NCBI GenBank assembly: GCA_964291215.2
Contig: OZ219791.1
Coordinates: 3,104,001 to 3,168,000 of the forward strand
DNA: 64,000 nt
From: Alphaproteobacteria bacterium
GTDB lineage: Bacteria > Pseudomonadota > Alphaproteobacteria > MPNO01 > UBA830
Direction: 5' to 3'
Shown piece after piece: positions 10,608-20,628 of the stretch (its first letter is position 1; each line of letters begins with the position of its first letter). The notes beneath the pieces were generated by a model, which saw nothing but the letters and a program-made list of their open reading frames with translations, was not told where the DNA came from and made no database searches. The position numbers were made by a program, and so were the translations under genes.

Positions 10608-11480
10608 ATGGCACGGTTCATCGTCTCGCCGCATATGCGCCTACATGAATGGGTGGCAGAGGAAAAGGGTTTCTTCCGCGAAGCCGGGCTCGACTACGAG
10701 TTTCGCGAACAGCTTACCTCGGATGACGGCAGCTATCATGATCTCGGCGACAAGGTCGGCGCCTACCAGACCTTCGAGAGCGGACGCAACTGCGATGTCA
10801 GCGCAGCGTGCCACTGGACAGTCAACGCGGCCGCTGCGTCCGGCCACGGCAAGCTCTATTCCGGCTGCTATTCGGTCTCGCCCTGCGGCATCTTCGTTCC
10901 GGCCGAATCAGAAATCGGGCGACCCGAGGACCTCGCCGGGGTTCCCATCTCCGTCGGCTACCAGTCCGGAAGCCATTATTCGACCATCCAGACGCTCGAA
11001 GAATTCCTGGCGCCGGACGACATCCGGCTTTCCTTCGCCGACGGCCTCTTGTTCCACCGGCTCGAACTTCTGGTCGACGGCAAGGCACCTGCAGTCAGCC
11101 TGTTCAGCGGGCCATTCTATTTTGCAGAGCAACTCGGTTTCCGCAAGGTGGTAGACACCAGCTTCATGATGGCCTCGATGATCACCGGCAATCCCGATCC
11201 CGACGATGTGACGAAGTATTTCAGTGCTTTGCGCCGCGCCCAAGTCGAGATCGACCTCCGGCTTGAGCTCTACCGCCATCACTACAGGCGGGAATTCCCA
11301 AAGCGCTTCCACCCGGATATGGATGTACGACGCTTCGGCCCAGGCGAGCGGCTTGTGTTCGAGCCCTACACCGAAGACATGTTCGAACGTTCACAGAACT
11401 GGGTCACTCAACGCGGGATCTTTCCGGACGGCGGGCCCGGGACCGCGCCCTATCAGGAATCGATCTACGCCACCGCCTGA
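10608..11480 (+). CDS. SsuA/THI5-like substrate-binding-protein fold protein without a signal peptide
   Basis: GGAG SD before ATG10608. WVAEEKGFFREAGLDYE and SEIGRPEDLAGVPISVG...SGSHY are typical of NMT1/THI5-like proteins. The N-terminus is not hydrophobic. Confidence 0.7.
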   Translation: MARFIVSPHMRLHEWVAEEKGFFREAGLDYEFREQLTSDDGSYHDLGDKVGAYQTFESGRNCDVSAACHWTVNAAAASGHGKLYSGCYSVSPCGIFVPAESEIGRPEDLAGVPISVGYQSGSHYSTIQTLEEFLAPDDIRLSFADGLLFHRLELLVDGKAPAVSLFSGPFYFAEQLGFRKVVDTSFMMASMITGNPDPDDVTKYFSALRRAQVEIDLRLELYRHHYRREFPKRFHPDMDVRRFGPGERLVFEPYTEDMFERSQNWVTQRGIFPDGGPGTAPYQESIYATA

Positions 11481-11688
11481 ACGGAGGGAGCAGGTCCGGC
11501 CGCCCCGCCTGCGGCTGATGCGGCACCGTTCTGCATCGTCGAGGATTTAGGGTGGGTCGGTGCCGATGATTTCGAATCCGGAAACACGCGTAGCATTCGC
11601 TACAGCGTCACTGCCAACATTCCTGTCGAGCGTCAAAGGCAGAGGGTAGTAGGCACCGGGAGATCAGACCACCGTTTCGTGTTCGGCC

Positions 11689-12196
11689 TCACTTGCGCCC
11701 TTCGCGGCGCAACGCCGAAGGCTGGACCTCCCGGGTCCGCTCCCGGTACCGGAAGTCGTAAGGCGGATACTCGTTATCGATGCCGACGACAAGATAGCGC
11801 TCCGACTGCAGATCACTATGGACCTCAAGAGTAGTCCAGAGCAGCGGCTTTTCGTAGTAGTTGACCACATGCCCTTCCGGGACACGCCAGAACTCGTCAC
11901 GGTTGTCGTAGAGGTCCACCAGGAGGATCTGCCAGGAATCCTGGTCGACCTAGAACGTGCGGCGCTTGTACACGGGTACCTTCCTTGAGCCTGGCTTCCA
12001 CCACCCATACCCAGTGCAGTTCGTAGCGCACATATTCGGGATTGATGTGAAGCGGCCTGACGATGTCCGAGAGCTTCAGCGCGTCGCCGTGCAACCGGTA
12101 GGAATTGTAGGGGACGTATATCTCGCGCTTGCCTGCCAGTTCCCAGTCGTACCGGTTGGGAGCGCCGTTGAACGTGTCGTACTGATCTGCGGTCCG
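11689..12196 (-). pseudogene. 3' fragment of DUF1329 (outer-membrane lipoprotein-sorting-like) gene
   Basis: RTADQYDTFNGAPNRYDWELAGKREIYVPYNSY...RYELH.VWVVEA, DLYDNRDEFWRV and end SALRREGRK. Frameshifts are present. Confidence 0.8.
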
Positions 12197-12393
12197 GTCG
12201 ATGTGACTGGTGCGCAGCACACAGGCGCCCGCGTTGTCATCTGCCTTGTCGTCTGTGGCTGAAGCGCACGGCCGTTGCGTTGGCGCCGGCCTTCTCGACA
12301 GTGATCTCGTAGTGCCGGGCGACGGTGAAGAAGCGCTGCTTGAGACCGCTCTCCGGCACCTTGTCGTGGCGCCGGCCCTTGGCCGAGAGGTGG

Positions 12394-14033
12394 GAGCGCC
12401 AGGCTAACTGGTAGGATGTCGCCGGGTGAGAGTCCCGGCAGGAAGAGAGGCTAACCACCACTTCCTCCGTGAACCATGCGTCGTGAGGCGAAGCGTTGGG
12501 GAGCGGCAAGCCGGGCTATTGAGCCACGAGAAACTGTGAAACCGGAGTGCCGAGGTCGTGGCCGAAGGCAACACCCTGCGAGCCGCGTTTGGTGAGGCGA
12601 GCAGGGGCTCCGCGGGGTCTGAGAACCATGGCTGAAGCAGGGACCTGGGAGGTCTTGCCCCACTGTCGTAGAGGGGTCGCAGAGGAAAGGAACTATTCCG
12701 TAACCCGATGATGAACGAGAAGTCAGATTCGGCCATAGTACCGTCGAAGGCGGCGAACAAGGGCTCCTCGGAGCCTGCGGAGCTGCTGGAGGGAGAGGAA
12801 ATGCGGTTGACCCGCGCCGCGCGCAGAAGCGGGTCACAGGCGGCGCATACGACAAGTTGCGAAGAGGAATCCGGAAGAGCGTCTTGTGACGTTGCTCCAC
12901 CACGTGATGTCCTGCACGCGGCGTTTCACTCCTTGAGAAAGGACGCGGCAGCGGGCGTGGACGGAGTTACGTGGCACGCGTATGCGGAAGGTGTGGAACT
13001 GGTCGACCTGCCGTGTGCACAGGGGCGGGCGCCTCCGTCGGGTATACATACCCAAAGAGGATGGAGGGCAACGACCGCTCGGCATTGCCTCGCTGGAGGA
13101 CAAGATTCTTCAGCGGGCAGTGACGGACACGATTCTGGTACCGCGAAACGGAGTTCCTCGGGTTCAGTTATGGTTTCCGGCCGGGGCGCACAATGCGCTC
13201 GATGCAGTCACGGTGGAACGGCGGAAGGTCAACCGGATCGTTGACGCCCCTTCGACAACCGCTACCACTTGGTCGCGATGCTCGAGAGACAGATCGGGGG
13301 GTCTGATCATCAAGTGACGCTGGCGTCATGGAGCGACACCGATGCTGGTTCGCCGCAGAGCGCAGCCCCTGTCTGGCGAACGTTTACCTGCACTACGTGA
13401 CTGGTTTCAGAACCATTGGCGCAAACGGATGACTGACACGATCATCGTGCGCTATGCGGATGATTTTGTGTGCGGCTTTCAGTATCAGGGCGATGCGAAG
13501 CGCTGGGACCTCGGGGAGAGGTTGGCTCACTTGAACTGCACCCGGACAATCATCGAGTTCGGTCGGTTTGCGAGAGCGAACCGCCGGAAGCGGGGGCAAG
13601 ACGTTCGACTTCCTCGGTATGACGCACTATTGCGAGCAGACGAGGAAGGGCAAGTTCAGGGTTGGCCGCAAACCATCCCGGAAACGGGCACCCTGCGGCG
13701 GATCAAGGAGGCGTTGCGCAAGCGGTGGCACGACAACCGGCACAAGACGGCCAAGTGGCGAGTGATCAAAGGCTGCTACTACGCCGTTCCGGGAAGCAGT
13801 GAGTCCCTGCAGGGGTTCATATACCAATGCAAACGGCTGCGTGCCCTTCGGCGGCGTTCCCAAAAGGATCGCACCGAATGGAGGGACATGGACACCTTCA
13901 TCGAAGCTTACTGGCCTAAGGCCAGCATCCGTGGCCAAACCAGCGCCTTGTCGTCAGGGGAGGAGCCGGATGCGAACAGCGCAAGTCCGGATCTGTGCGG
14001 GGGGACCGGGGAAACCCGGTTCCCTACCGCGAT
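12394..14033 (+). mobile_element. Group II intron (decayed RT/maturase ORF)
   Basis: 5' GAGCGCCAGGCTAAC. DV/DVI GAGCCGGATGCG...CGCAAGTCCGGATCTGTGCGGGGG...CCCTACCGCGAT. Removing the intron restores the IS1634 frame. Confidence 0.85.
12830..13957 (+). pseudogene. ltrA: Group II intron reverse transcriptase/maturase, multiply frameshifted
   Basis: AAGVDGVTW, RRVYIPKEDGGQRPLGIASLEDKILQRAV, IVRYADDFV, FDFLGMTHYC and RRRSQK occur in different frames. Confidence 0.9.
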
Positions 14034-15409
14034 AGCTTTGCCGCCTCGAAGCCCTGCGGCCAGGAATGGCGTCCTCGGCCCTCTTCCTGCTCTCGCTGAC
14101 CACGCCTCGCCATCCTCGCTGGCGCCTGCACCTCGCGGTTGGTGATCAGCCTCGGGCCCACCCTCGGGCGGCGCCGCCCGCGATCCAGCCGTGCTCGCCA
14201 CGCGATGTTCGCCTCGGTGCCGGCGTCCATGACTGCCGTCGGCTTCGCCGCCCGCCTCCAGCCTCGCCAGCGCATCCGTGCCCGGCCACGTTGCCCGGCA
14301 AGACCTCGTAACTGCGCCGAAAGCCCGCGCCGCGCAAGCGTGGGGCAATCATTGCGCTTCTGCTTCGAGCGCCCGAAGCGGGGGAGCTTGCCGTCGGCGC
14401 GGCCGTGAACATTGGTGAGGTCGCAAAAGGCGATGGTGTCGGGGATGCAGCGCGCGCTCGCGGTTGAACAGCTCCTGGCGGCCCGGTGGCGCAGGTCGCC
14501 GATGCGGTACAGCGTCTTGCGCGCCTTGCGCTCCAGATCCGGAAGCTCCGCGATCGCGCTGTCATCGCGCAGCCGGCGCTCGCTGGCGGATCATCCTGGC
14601 GACGATCAGCGCACTCGTGATGCCGAGGTCGTGAAGCGCCTCGAGGCACAGGCAGCCGACCGAACGCGGGTTCTCGAGGCTGTCGAGGTTGACGGTCGCA
14701 ATTTGCGTGCGTCTTCCTCCGGAGCGTCGGCGCGGAACCTCCGGGCCCCTGTTGACGATGTCCTTGGCTGCGGCCGGCACGCGGCTTCGAACAGCGGCGG
14801 GCGGCCAGCGCTTCGGCGGCAACCTCCTTCCAGTTCTTGCGCGCCACCGGACAGTCGGTACCGAGGCAGGGTGCGCTGTCTGACCTTGTCGCCGATGCGT
14901 TGAGAAAGCACGAGTCGGTGGACGGGTTTGCCGTCTGCGGTGCTGCGGGTTTTGGTTGCCCTGATGAACATGTTGTCTGGAGCCTTTTGTGTTGACGAGG
15001 CTCCGGATATACCGGGTTTGGCGGCGGGGTCGAGCGAATCTGCAATATCCTGGCACTGCACCGGCCATCCCGGGCAGGAAATCGCAAATACTGTGGGAAA
15101 CTGCACATGGAAAACCAGTATATGGTGTTTCGGACGGGGCTGCCGCATCAATTTCGCCTTCAACTGACGCAAAAAGTGCCAACTTGGGAAATGAAATCGT
15201 GCCGGCAGTGAGCTTGGGCAGCCCCAGCGAATGGCCGGGCCGGCAAATTCCACCGGCAGCTGCCCGCGGGCCTGGCAGGACGCGCGAGCTTCGCCTGTAA
15301 GTTGCAAGAAGAGGCGACGGTCCTTAGTATTCGGGTGCGGAAACATTCGTCCGGCTGGGCCTCCTTGTCAGAGACCGCGCCTAGCTTCCAAGAATGATCG
15401 GTATCGCTA

Positions 15410-17071
15410 ATGTCATACCATCGTCCGGTGACGGTGTCGGCCGTCCCTGACCTTCAGACACATCTGAAAGCACTGGACGATGCCGGGCTGCTGTATCGGG
15501 TGGACCGGCCGATAAACAAGGACACCGAGCTCCATCCCCTCGTGCGTTGGCAATATCGTGGCGGAATTTCCGAGGACGCGCGCAAGGCATTCCTCTTTAC
15601 CAGAGTTACGGACAGCCTCGGGCGCGACTACGGGATTCCGGTCGTCGTCGGCGCGCTGGCGGCCAGTCAGGATGTCTATGCCGTCGGAATCGGTGTTCCG
15701 CTCGAGGATATAGGTGCGCGCTGGAATCGGGCCCTTGCCGCGCCCGTCGAGCCCGAGGAGGTCGCGCACGCGCCATGCCAGGAGGTCGTCGTCACCGGCG
15801 ACGACCTCGTCGGGGCGGGGCGAGGCCTCGATGACCTGCCGGTTCCGATATCGACGCCGGGCTTCGATTCTGCCCCCTACATCACCGCCGGGATGGTTGT
15901 GACCCGCGACCCCGATACCGGCGTGCAGAATCTCGGCACCTACCGGGCCGGGCTCAAGGCGTCGAATCGCCTTGCAATCCGCATGGCGACGCGCGCAGGC
16001 GGCGCGGGCGGCTATCTGCATTGGGAGAAATACCGGGCACTGGGAGAGCGCATGCCGTGTGCGATCGTCGTCGGCTGCCCGCCGTCCGTCGCCTATACCG
16101 GACCCCAGAAGATCTGGCGCGATGTCGACGAACTTGGAATCGCGGGAGGCCTTGCCGGCGCTCCGATCCCGGTCGTGTCCTGCCAGACCGTCGATCTCAG
16201 GGTGCCCGCCCAGTCGGAAATCGTGATCGAGGGGATGATCGACACCCGCTATCTCGAGCCCGAGGCGCCCTTCGGGGAATCGCACGGGCATATCGCGCTC
16301 GAGGATTTCAACATGGTGCTCGACGTGACCGCGATCACGCACAAGGCGAACCCCGTCTTCTGTTCGATCATCAGCCAGGTAACCCCGTCCGAATCAAGCG
16401 TCATCAAGCGTGTCGCCTACGAACCGATGTTCCTCGTTCACATTCGCGATCATCTCGGCGTGAAGGCAATCCGCGGAGTTCACATGCACGAGCCGCTGAC
16501 CAACCTGCGCCGGGTCATCTTTCTCCGCATGGCGCCAGGTGCCCCGAGGACCGAAATCTGGCGCGCCCTCTATGGCGCAGCCAGCCTGCGCGCGGATTGC
16601 GGAAAGTATGTCATTGCGGTAAATGAGGACATTGAGCCGGACAATGCGGACGCGGTATTCTGGTCGCTGGCCTACCGGGCGGATCCCGACCGGGATGTCG
16701 AAGTCCTTCGCCACCGGGATGCTGGCCATGGCCCCAAGGGTGCGGGCGGCAGCCGTCCCGAGGAATCGACATTACTGATTGACGCTACCCTGAAGCAGGA
16801 AACCGCGCCTCTTGCGCTGCCGAAACGCGAATACATGGAGCGCGCACGCGAGATCTGGGACGAGTTGGGCCTGCCGCAACTTGTGCCCGAAACCCCGTGG
16901 CACGGATACAGCCTGGGCGACTGGAGCGACGAGTGGGACCGGCTGGCCGAGCGGGCGGCAGAGGGGCGCTACCTCGAGAACGGCCGGCGGAGCGCCCAGC
17001 GCCGCCGCGCCGGTATCAAGCCCAATACCCATGTCCGGTCCGTTGAGGACTGGGACGAATTCGACGATTAG
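15410..17071 (+). CDS. UbiD-family (prFMN-dependent) (de)carboxylase, paralogue 1
   Basis: DLPVPISTPGFD.APYIT, QNLGTYR, VPAQSEIVIEG, EAPFGE and LLIDAT. Confidence 0.92.
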   Translation: MSYHRPVTVSAVPDLQTHLKALDDAGLLYRVDRPINKDTELHPLVRWQYRGGISEDARKAFLFTRVTDSLGRDYGIPVVVGALAASQDVYAVGIGVPLEDIGARWNRALAAPVEPEEVAHAPCQEVVVTGDDLVGAGRGLDDLPVPISTPGFDSAPYITAGMVVTRDPDTGVQNLGTYRAGLKASNRLAIRMATRAGGAGGYLHWEKYRALGERMPCAIVVGCPPSVAYTGPQKIWRDVDELGIAGGLAGAPIPVVSCQTVDLRVPAQSEIVIEGMIDTRYLEPEAPFGESHGHIALEDFNMVLDVTAITHKANPVFCSIISQVTPSESSVIKRVAYEPMFLVHIRDHLGVKAIRGVHMHEPLTNLRRVIFLRMAPGAPRTEIWRALYGAASLRADCGKYVIAVNEDIEPDNADAVFWSLAYRADPDRDVEVLRHRDAGHGPKGAGGSRPEESTLLIDATLKQETAPLALPKREYMERAREIWDELGLPQLVPETPWHGYSLGDWSDEWDRLAERAAEGRYLENGRRSAQRRRAGIKPNTHVRSVEDWDEFDD

Positions 17072-17088
17072 GATGAGGAGCAAGCGCA

Positions 17089-18822
17089 ATGGCGGTCAGA
17101 TTCGCAGAAGCCGAGGCACGGGCGCGAGGCTATACCGATCTTCACGAACATATCGAAGAACTGCGTCGGCAGGGGCTCCTGATCGAGATCGACCGGAAAA
17201 TCAACAAGGATACCGAGATGCATCCGCTGGTCCGCTGGCAGTTCCGCGGCGGCATCGCAGAGGAGGACCGGAAAGCATTCCTGTTCACCAACATCACCGA
17301 TGCCCGGGGCCGCAAGTTCGACATTCCCGTTCTCGTATGCGGCCTTGCCGGCAACCGCGCCATCTACCGGACCGGCATCGGCTGCAAACTCAGCGAAATC
17401 AAGGACACATGGATCCGTGCCATCGGCAATCCGATCGCGCCGCGCGTGGTCGATAGTGTGGATGCTCCGTGCCACGAGATTGTCCACCAGGGTGAGGATC
17501 TGGTCAACGGGCATGGGCTCGACGCCATTCCGGTGCCTATCTCCTCGCCTGGATGGGATAACGCGCCCTACTTCTCGTCGTCACACTTCATCACCAAGGA
17601 TCCGGGCACCGGCGTCCAGAACATGGGCAACTACCGGGGCATGATCAAGGCGCCGACGCGGCTCGGCATGAACCCGTCCACGGAACTGCGTACCGGCGGC
17701 TACATGCACTGGCTTGAATGGAAAAAGCTCGGCAAGCCGATGCCCGCGGCCGTCGTTGTCGGCGCGCCGCCCGTGGTCTCGTTCACCGCCGTCCAGAAGG
17801 TTCCCGAGGCCATCGACGAACTCGCGGTGTCTGGCGGGCTGGCCGGCGCGCCGCTCAACGTTGTCGCCTGCAAGACGGTGGATCTCATGGTGCCGGCGGA
17901 ATCGGAGATCGTGATCGAGGGCTACATCAGCACCGAAATGCTCGAGCCCGAGGCACCGTTCGGCGAGTCCCACGGCCATGTCAATCTCCAAGAATACAAT
18001 GCCTACATGGATGTCACCGCGATCACCCGTCGCAGCGACGCCGTCATGACGTCGTGGGTAAGTCAGGTCACCCCGTCGGAATCGAGTACGATCAAGCGCC
18101 CCGCCTACGAGGCCCGGCAGATCGAGCATCTCCGGGATCACCTCGGAATCAAGGGAATACGGCACGTGGCGACGCATGAACCGCTGACGTCGCTCCACAA
18201 ACTCATCATCGTCGTCGTCGAGCGCGGCATTCCGCGCACCGAGATCTGGCGCGCCCTCTACGGCGTAGCGTCGCTGCGTCAGGCAGAAGGCAAGTGGATC
18301 ATCGCCGTCAATGAGGATATCGATCCCGACGACACCGACGCCGTGTTCTGGGCGATGTCCTACAGATGCAAGCCTCACAACGATGTCGAGATTCTCAAAC
18401 ACAAGCACGAGGGGCACGGCCCGCGCAGTCTGCTCGATTCCGAAGACAGCGCGGTGCTCATAGACGCCACCCTCAAGGAGAATTTTCCGCCGGTGTCGCT
18501 GCCGAAACGCGAGTTCATGGAAAAGGCCAAACGCATCTGGGAAGAGCTGGGGCTGCCCAAGCTGACGCCGAAGGCGCCGTGGTTCGGCTACGACCTCGGA
18601 GAGTGGAACAGCGGGCTCGAAGCGATGGCGCGGCGCGCGGTGCACGGCGAGTACTGGACAACCGGCCAGATCATCGCCCAGCACCGCCGCGGCGACGTGC
18701 CGATCAACACCGAAATCCGCACGCTCGACATCGGCAATCCGGGCGCCGGAAGCGAAGGCGAGGAGGCCCTGGAATGGGACGTGCTCGAAGATGCCTCGCA
18801 GGTCCGCGAGACCGATGACTGA
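17089..18822 (+). CDS. UbiD-family (de)carboxylase, paralogue 2
   Basis: QNMGNYR, VPAESEIVIEG, EAPFGESHG and VLIDAT. Confidence 0.92.
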   Translation: MAVRFAEAEARARGYTDLHEHIEELRRQGLLIEIDRKINKDTEMHPLVRWQFRGGIAEEDRKAFLFTNITDARGRKFDIPVLVCGLAGNRAIYRTGIGCKLSEIKDTWIRAIGNPIAPRVVDSVDAPCHEIVHQGEDLVNGHGLDAIPVPISSPGWDNAPYFSSSHFITKDPGTGVQNMGNYRGMIKAPTRLGMNPSTELRTGGYMHWLEWKKLGKPMPAAVVVGAPPVVSFTAVQKVPEAIDELAVSGGLAGAPLNVVACKTVDLMVPAESEIVIEGYISTEMLEPEAPFGESHGHVNLQEYNAYMDVTAITRRSDAVMTSWVSQVTPSESSTIKRPAYEARQIEHLRDHLGIKGIRHVATHEPLTSLHKLIIVVVERGIPRTEIWRALYGVASLRQAEGKWIIAVNEDIDPDDTDAVFWAMSYRCKPHNDVEILKHKHEGHGPRSLLDSEDSAVLIDATLKENFPPVSLPKREFMEKAKRIWEELGLPKLTPKAPWFGYDLGEWNSGLEAMARRAVHGEYWTTGQIIAQHRRGDVPINTEIRTLDIGNPGAGSEGEEALEWDVLEDASQVRETDD

Positions 18823-18852
18823 CGGGTTCACCGCCGCGCACGCCCGGAACGG

Positions 18853-20502
18853 ATGATGGAGCTGGTTTCGATGTCGGATGCCAACGCCCCGCGCGCCTAT
18901 CCCGACCTTCACGATCACCTCAAGGCGCTCGATGAACGCGGCCTCCTCGTGACGGTCGACCGCGAAATGAACAAGGACACCGAGATCCATCCCTTGGTGC
19001 GCTGGCAGTTTCGTGGCGGACTCGAGGAATCCGAACGCAAGGCCTTTCTGTTTACCAATGTCGTCGATTCGGCAGGAAGGCGGTTCGACATCCCGCTCGC
19101 CGTTGGCGTGCTGGCAGCGAACCGGGACATCTACCGCACCGGCATCGGGTGCGAGTTTGACGAGATCGAGAGTACATGGAACCGGGCGGTCTCCGCCCCG
19201 GTCGAGCCGGTCGAGGTTCGCGATGCGCCATGCCAGGAAATCGTGATTGCAGGCGCGGCGCTGGATGCGCCCGGCCAGGGGCTTGACGGCATTCCGGTTC
19301 CGATTTCGACGCCGGGATGGGACAACGCGCCCTATACGACGCTGTCGCAGTACATCACCAAGGATCCCGATACTGGCGTCCAGAACATGGGAAACTATCG
19401 CGGCCAGATCAAGGGGCCGCGGCGGATGGGGATGAATCCGTCCCTCGAACTGCGTCCCGGAATCTATGTTCACTGGGAGAAGTACCGTGACCGCGGCGAG
19501 CGTATGCCGGCCGCGGTGATCCTTGGCGCGCCGCCTGCCGTGACCTTCACCTCTGCGGTCAAGCTGCCCGAGACCGTCGACGAGCTCTATGTAGCTGGTG
19601 CGCTCGCCGGCGCTCCCATAAACGTCGTCCGGGCGAAAACCGTCGATCTCCTGATTCCGGCGGAGGCCGAGATCGTTGTCGAGGGCTACATCGACACCGA
19701 ATATCTCGAGCCCGAGGCGCCGTTCGGCGAGTCCCACGGCCATGTGAACCTGCAGGAATACAATGCCTACATGGACGTGACCTGCATAACCCGCAGGCGG
19801 GATGCGGTGCTGACGTCGATCATCAGCCAGGTGACGCCCTCCGAGTCGTCCCTGATCAAGCGCCTGGCCTACGAGCCGATGTTCACCCGCCATCTTCGGG
19901 ACCATCTCGGCATCAAGGGGGTGATCCGGGTCTCCATGCACGAGCCGCTGACCAACATCCGCAAGCTCATCGTCGTCGTATGCGCGCGCGACATGGCACG
20001 CACCGAGGTCTGGCGGGCGCTCTATGGGGCGGTTTCGCTCCATCGCGCAGCAGGCAAGTACGTGATCGCGGTCAACGACGATATCGATCCGACTGATGCC
20101 GACGCAATCTTCTGGGCCATGGCCTATCGTGCCAATCCGGCACTGGATGTCGAGGTCCTCAAGCATCGCGACCAGGGACACGGGCCCCGAAGCGCGCGCA
20201 ACGGGGGTGAGGACGCGTCGGTGCTGTTCGATGCGACGCTGAAAGAGGAGTTCCCGCCGCTGTCGCTGCCGAAGAAGGAATACATGGATAACGCGCGACG
20301 CATCTGGGACGAGCTCGGCCTGCCGGAGCTCAAGCCCAAGATGCCGTGGTATGGCTATTCGCTCGGCGAGTGGGATGACGAGTTAGAGGTGATGGCGCGC
20401 CGCGCCGTCGCCAGCGACTACTTTACGACCGGGGAGATTATCGCGCAGCGCCGGCGCAGTGATCTCGTCATGAACACGGAGGTGCGGAAGCTCGAGGACT
20501 GA
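18853..20502 (+). CDS. UbiD-family (de)carboxylase, paralogue 3
   Basis: QNMGNYR, IPAEAEIVVEG, EAPFGESHG and VLFDAT. Alternative start at 18871. Confidence 0.92.
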   Translation: MMELVSMSDANAPRAYPDLHDHLKALDERGLLVTVDREMNKDTEIHPLVRWQFRGGLEESERKAFLFTNVVDSAGRRFDIPLAVGVLAANRDIYRTGIGCEFDEIESTWNRAVSAPVEPVEVRDAPCQEIVIAGAALDAPGQGLDGIPVPISTPGWDNAPYTTLSQYITKDPDTGVQNMGNYRGQIKGPRRMGMNPSLELRPGIYVHWEKYRDRGERMPAAVILGAPPAVTFTSAVKLPETVDELYVAGALAGAPINVVRAKTVDLLIPAEAEIVVEGYIDTEYLEPEAPFGESHGHVNLQEYNAYMDVTCITRRRDAVLTSIISQVTPSESSLIKRLAYEPMFTRHLRDHLGIKGVIRVSMHEPLTNIRKLIVVVCARDMARTEVWRALYGAVSLHRAAGKYVIAVNDDIDPTDADAIFWAMAYRANPALDVEVLKHRDQGHGPRSARNGGEDASVLFDATLKEEFPPLSLPKKEYMDNARRIWDELGLPELKPKMPWYGYSLGEWDDELEVMARRAVASDYFTTGEIIAQRRRSDLVMNTEVRKLED

Positions 20503-20628
20503 ACCTGGCGTTGGACATCAGGCGGCGATGGCAGATAATGCGGGTGCTGGGCGTCGTCGTTTGTCCGGCCAGGCCCCGTGAGCAACTGTCGAAGGCGCAA
20601 GGGCTTCGGCGGCGAAGGAAAGGAAGCT

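Larger units (their letters stand above)
12197..15188 (-). mobile_element. Truncated IS1634-family element interrupted by a group II intron
   Basis: End CCCAAGTTGGCAC (rc, 15188). Transposase start MFIRATKT...RIGDKVRQRTL at 14971, then YEVLPGNV and PTAVMDAG. It continues past the intron as LKQRFFTVARHYEITVEK...GACVLRTSH. Confidence 0.75.

Noticed and set aside
12210-12214. GTGCG as the group II intron 5' end
   Set aside because: 12197-12393 encodes IS1634 transposase on the minus strand. The 12394 boundary restores its frame and matches EBS1.
7832-14033. Diversity-generating retroelement (RT plus the 7832/60392 repeat pair as VR/TR)
   Set aside because: The RT has group II intron DV/DVI and YADD. 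The repeat differences are indels and mixed substitutions, not adenine-specific, and no avd gene is present.
15410-20502. Ubiquinone-biosynthesis ubiD, or an assembly triplication
   Set aside because: The copies are clearly diverged in protein sequence and the context is catabolic.
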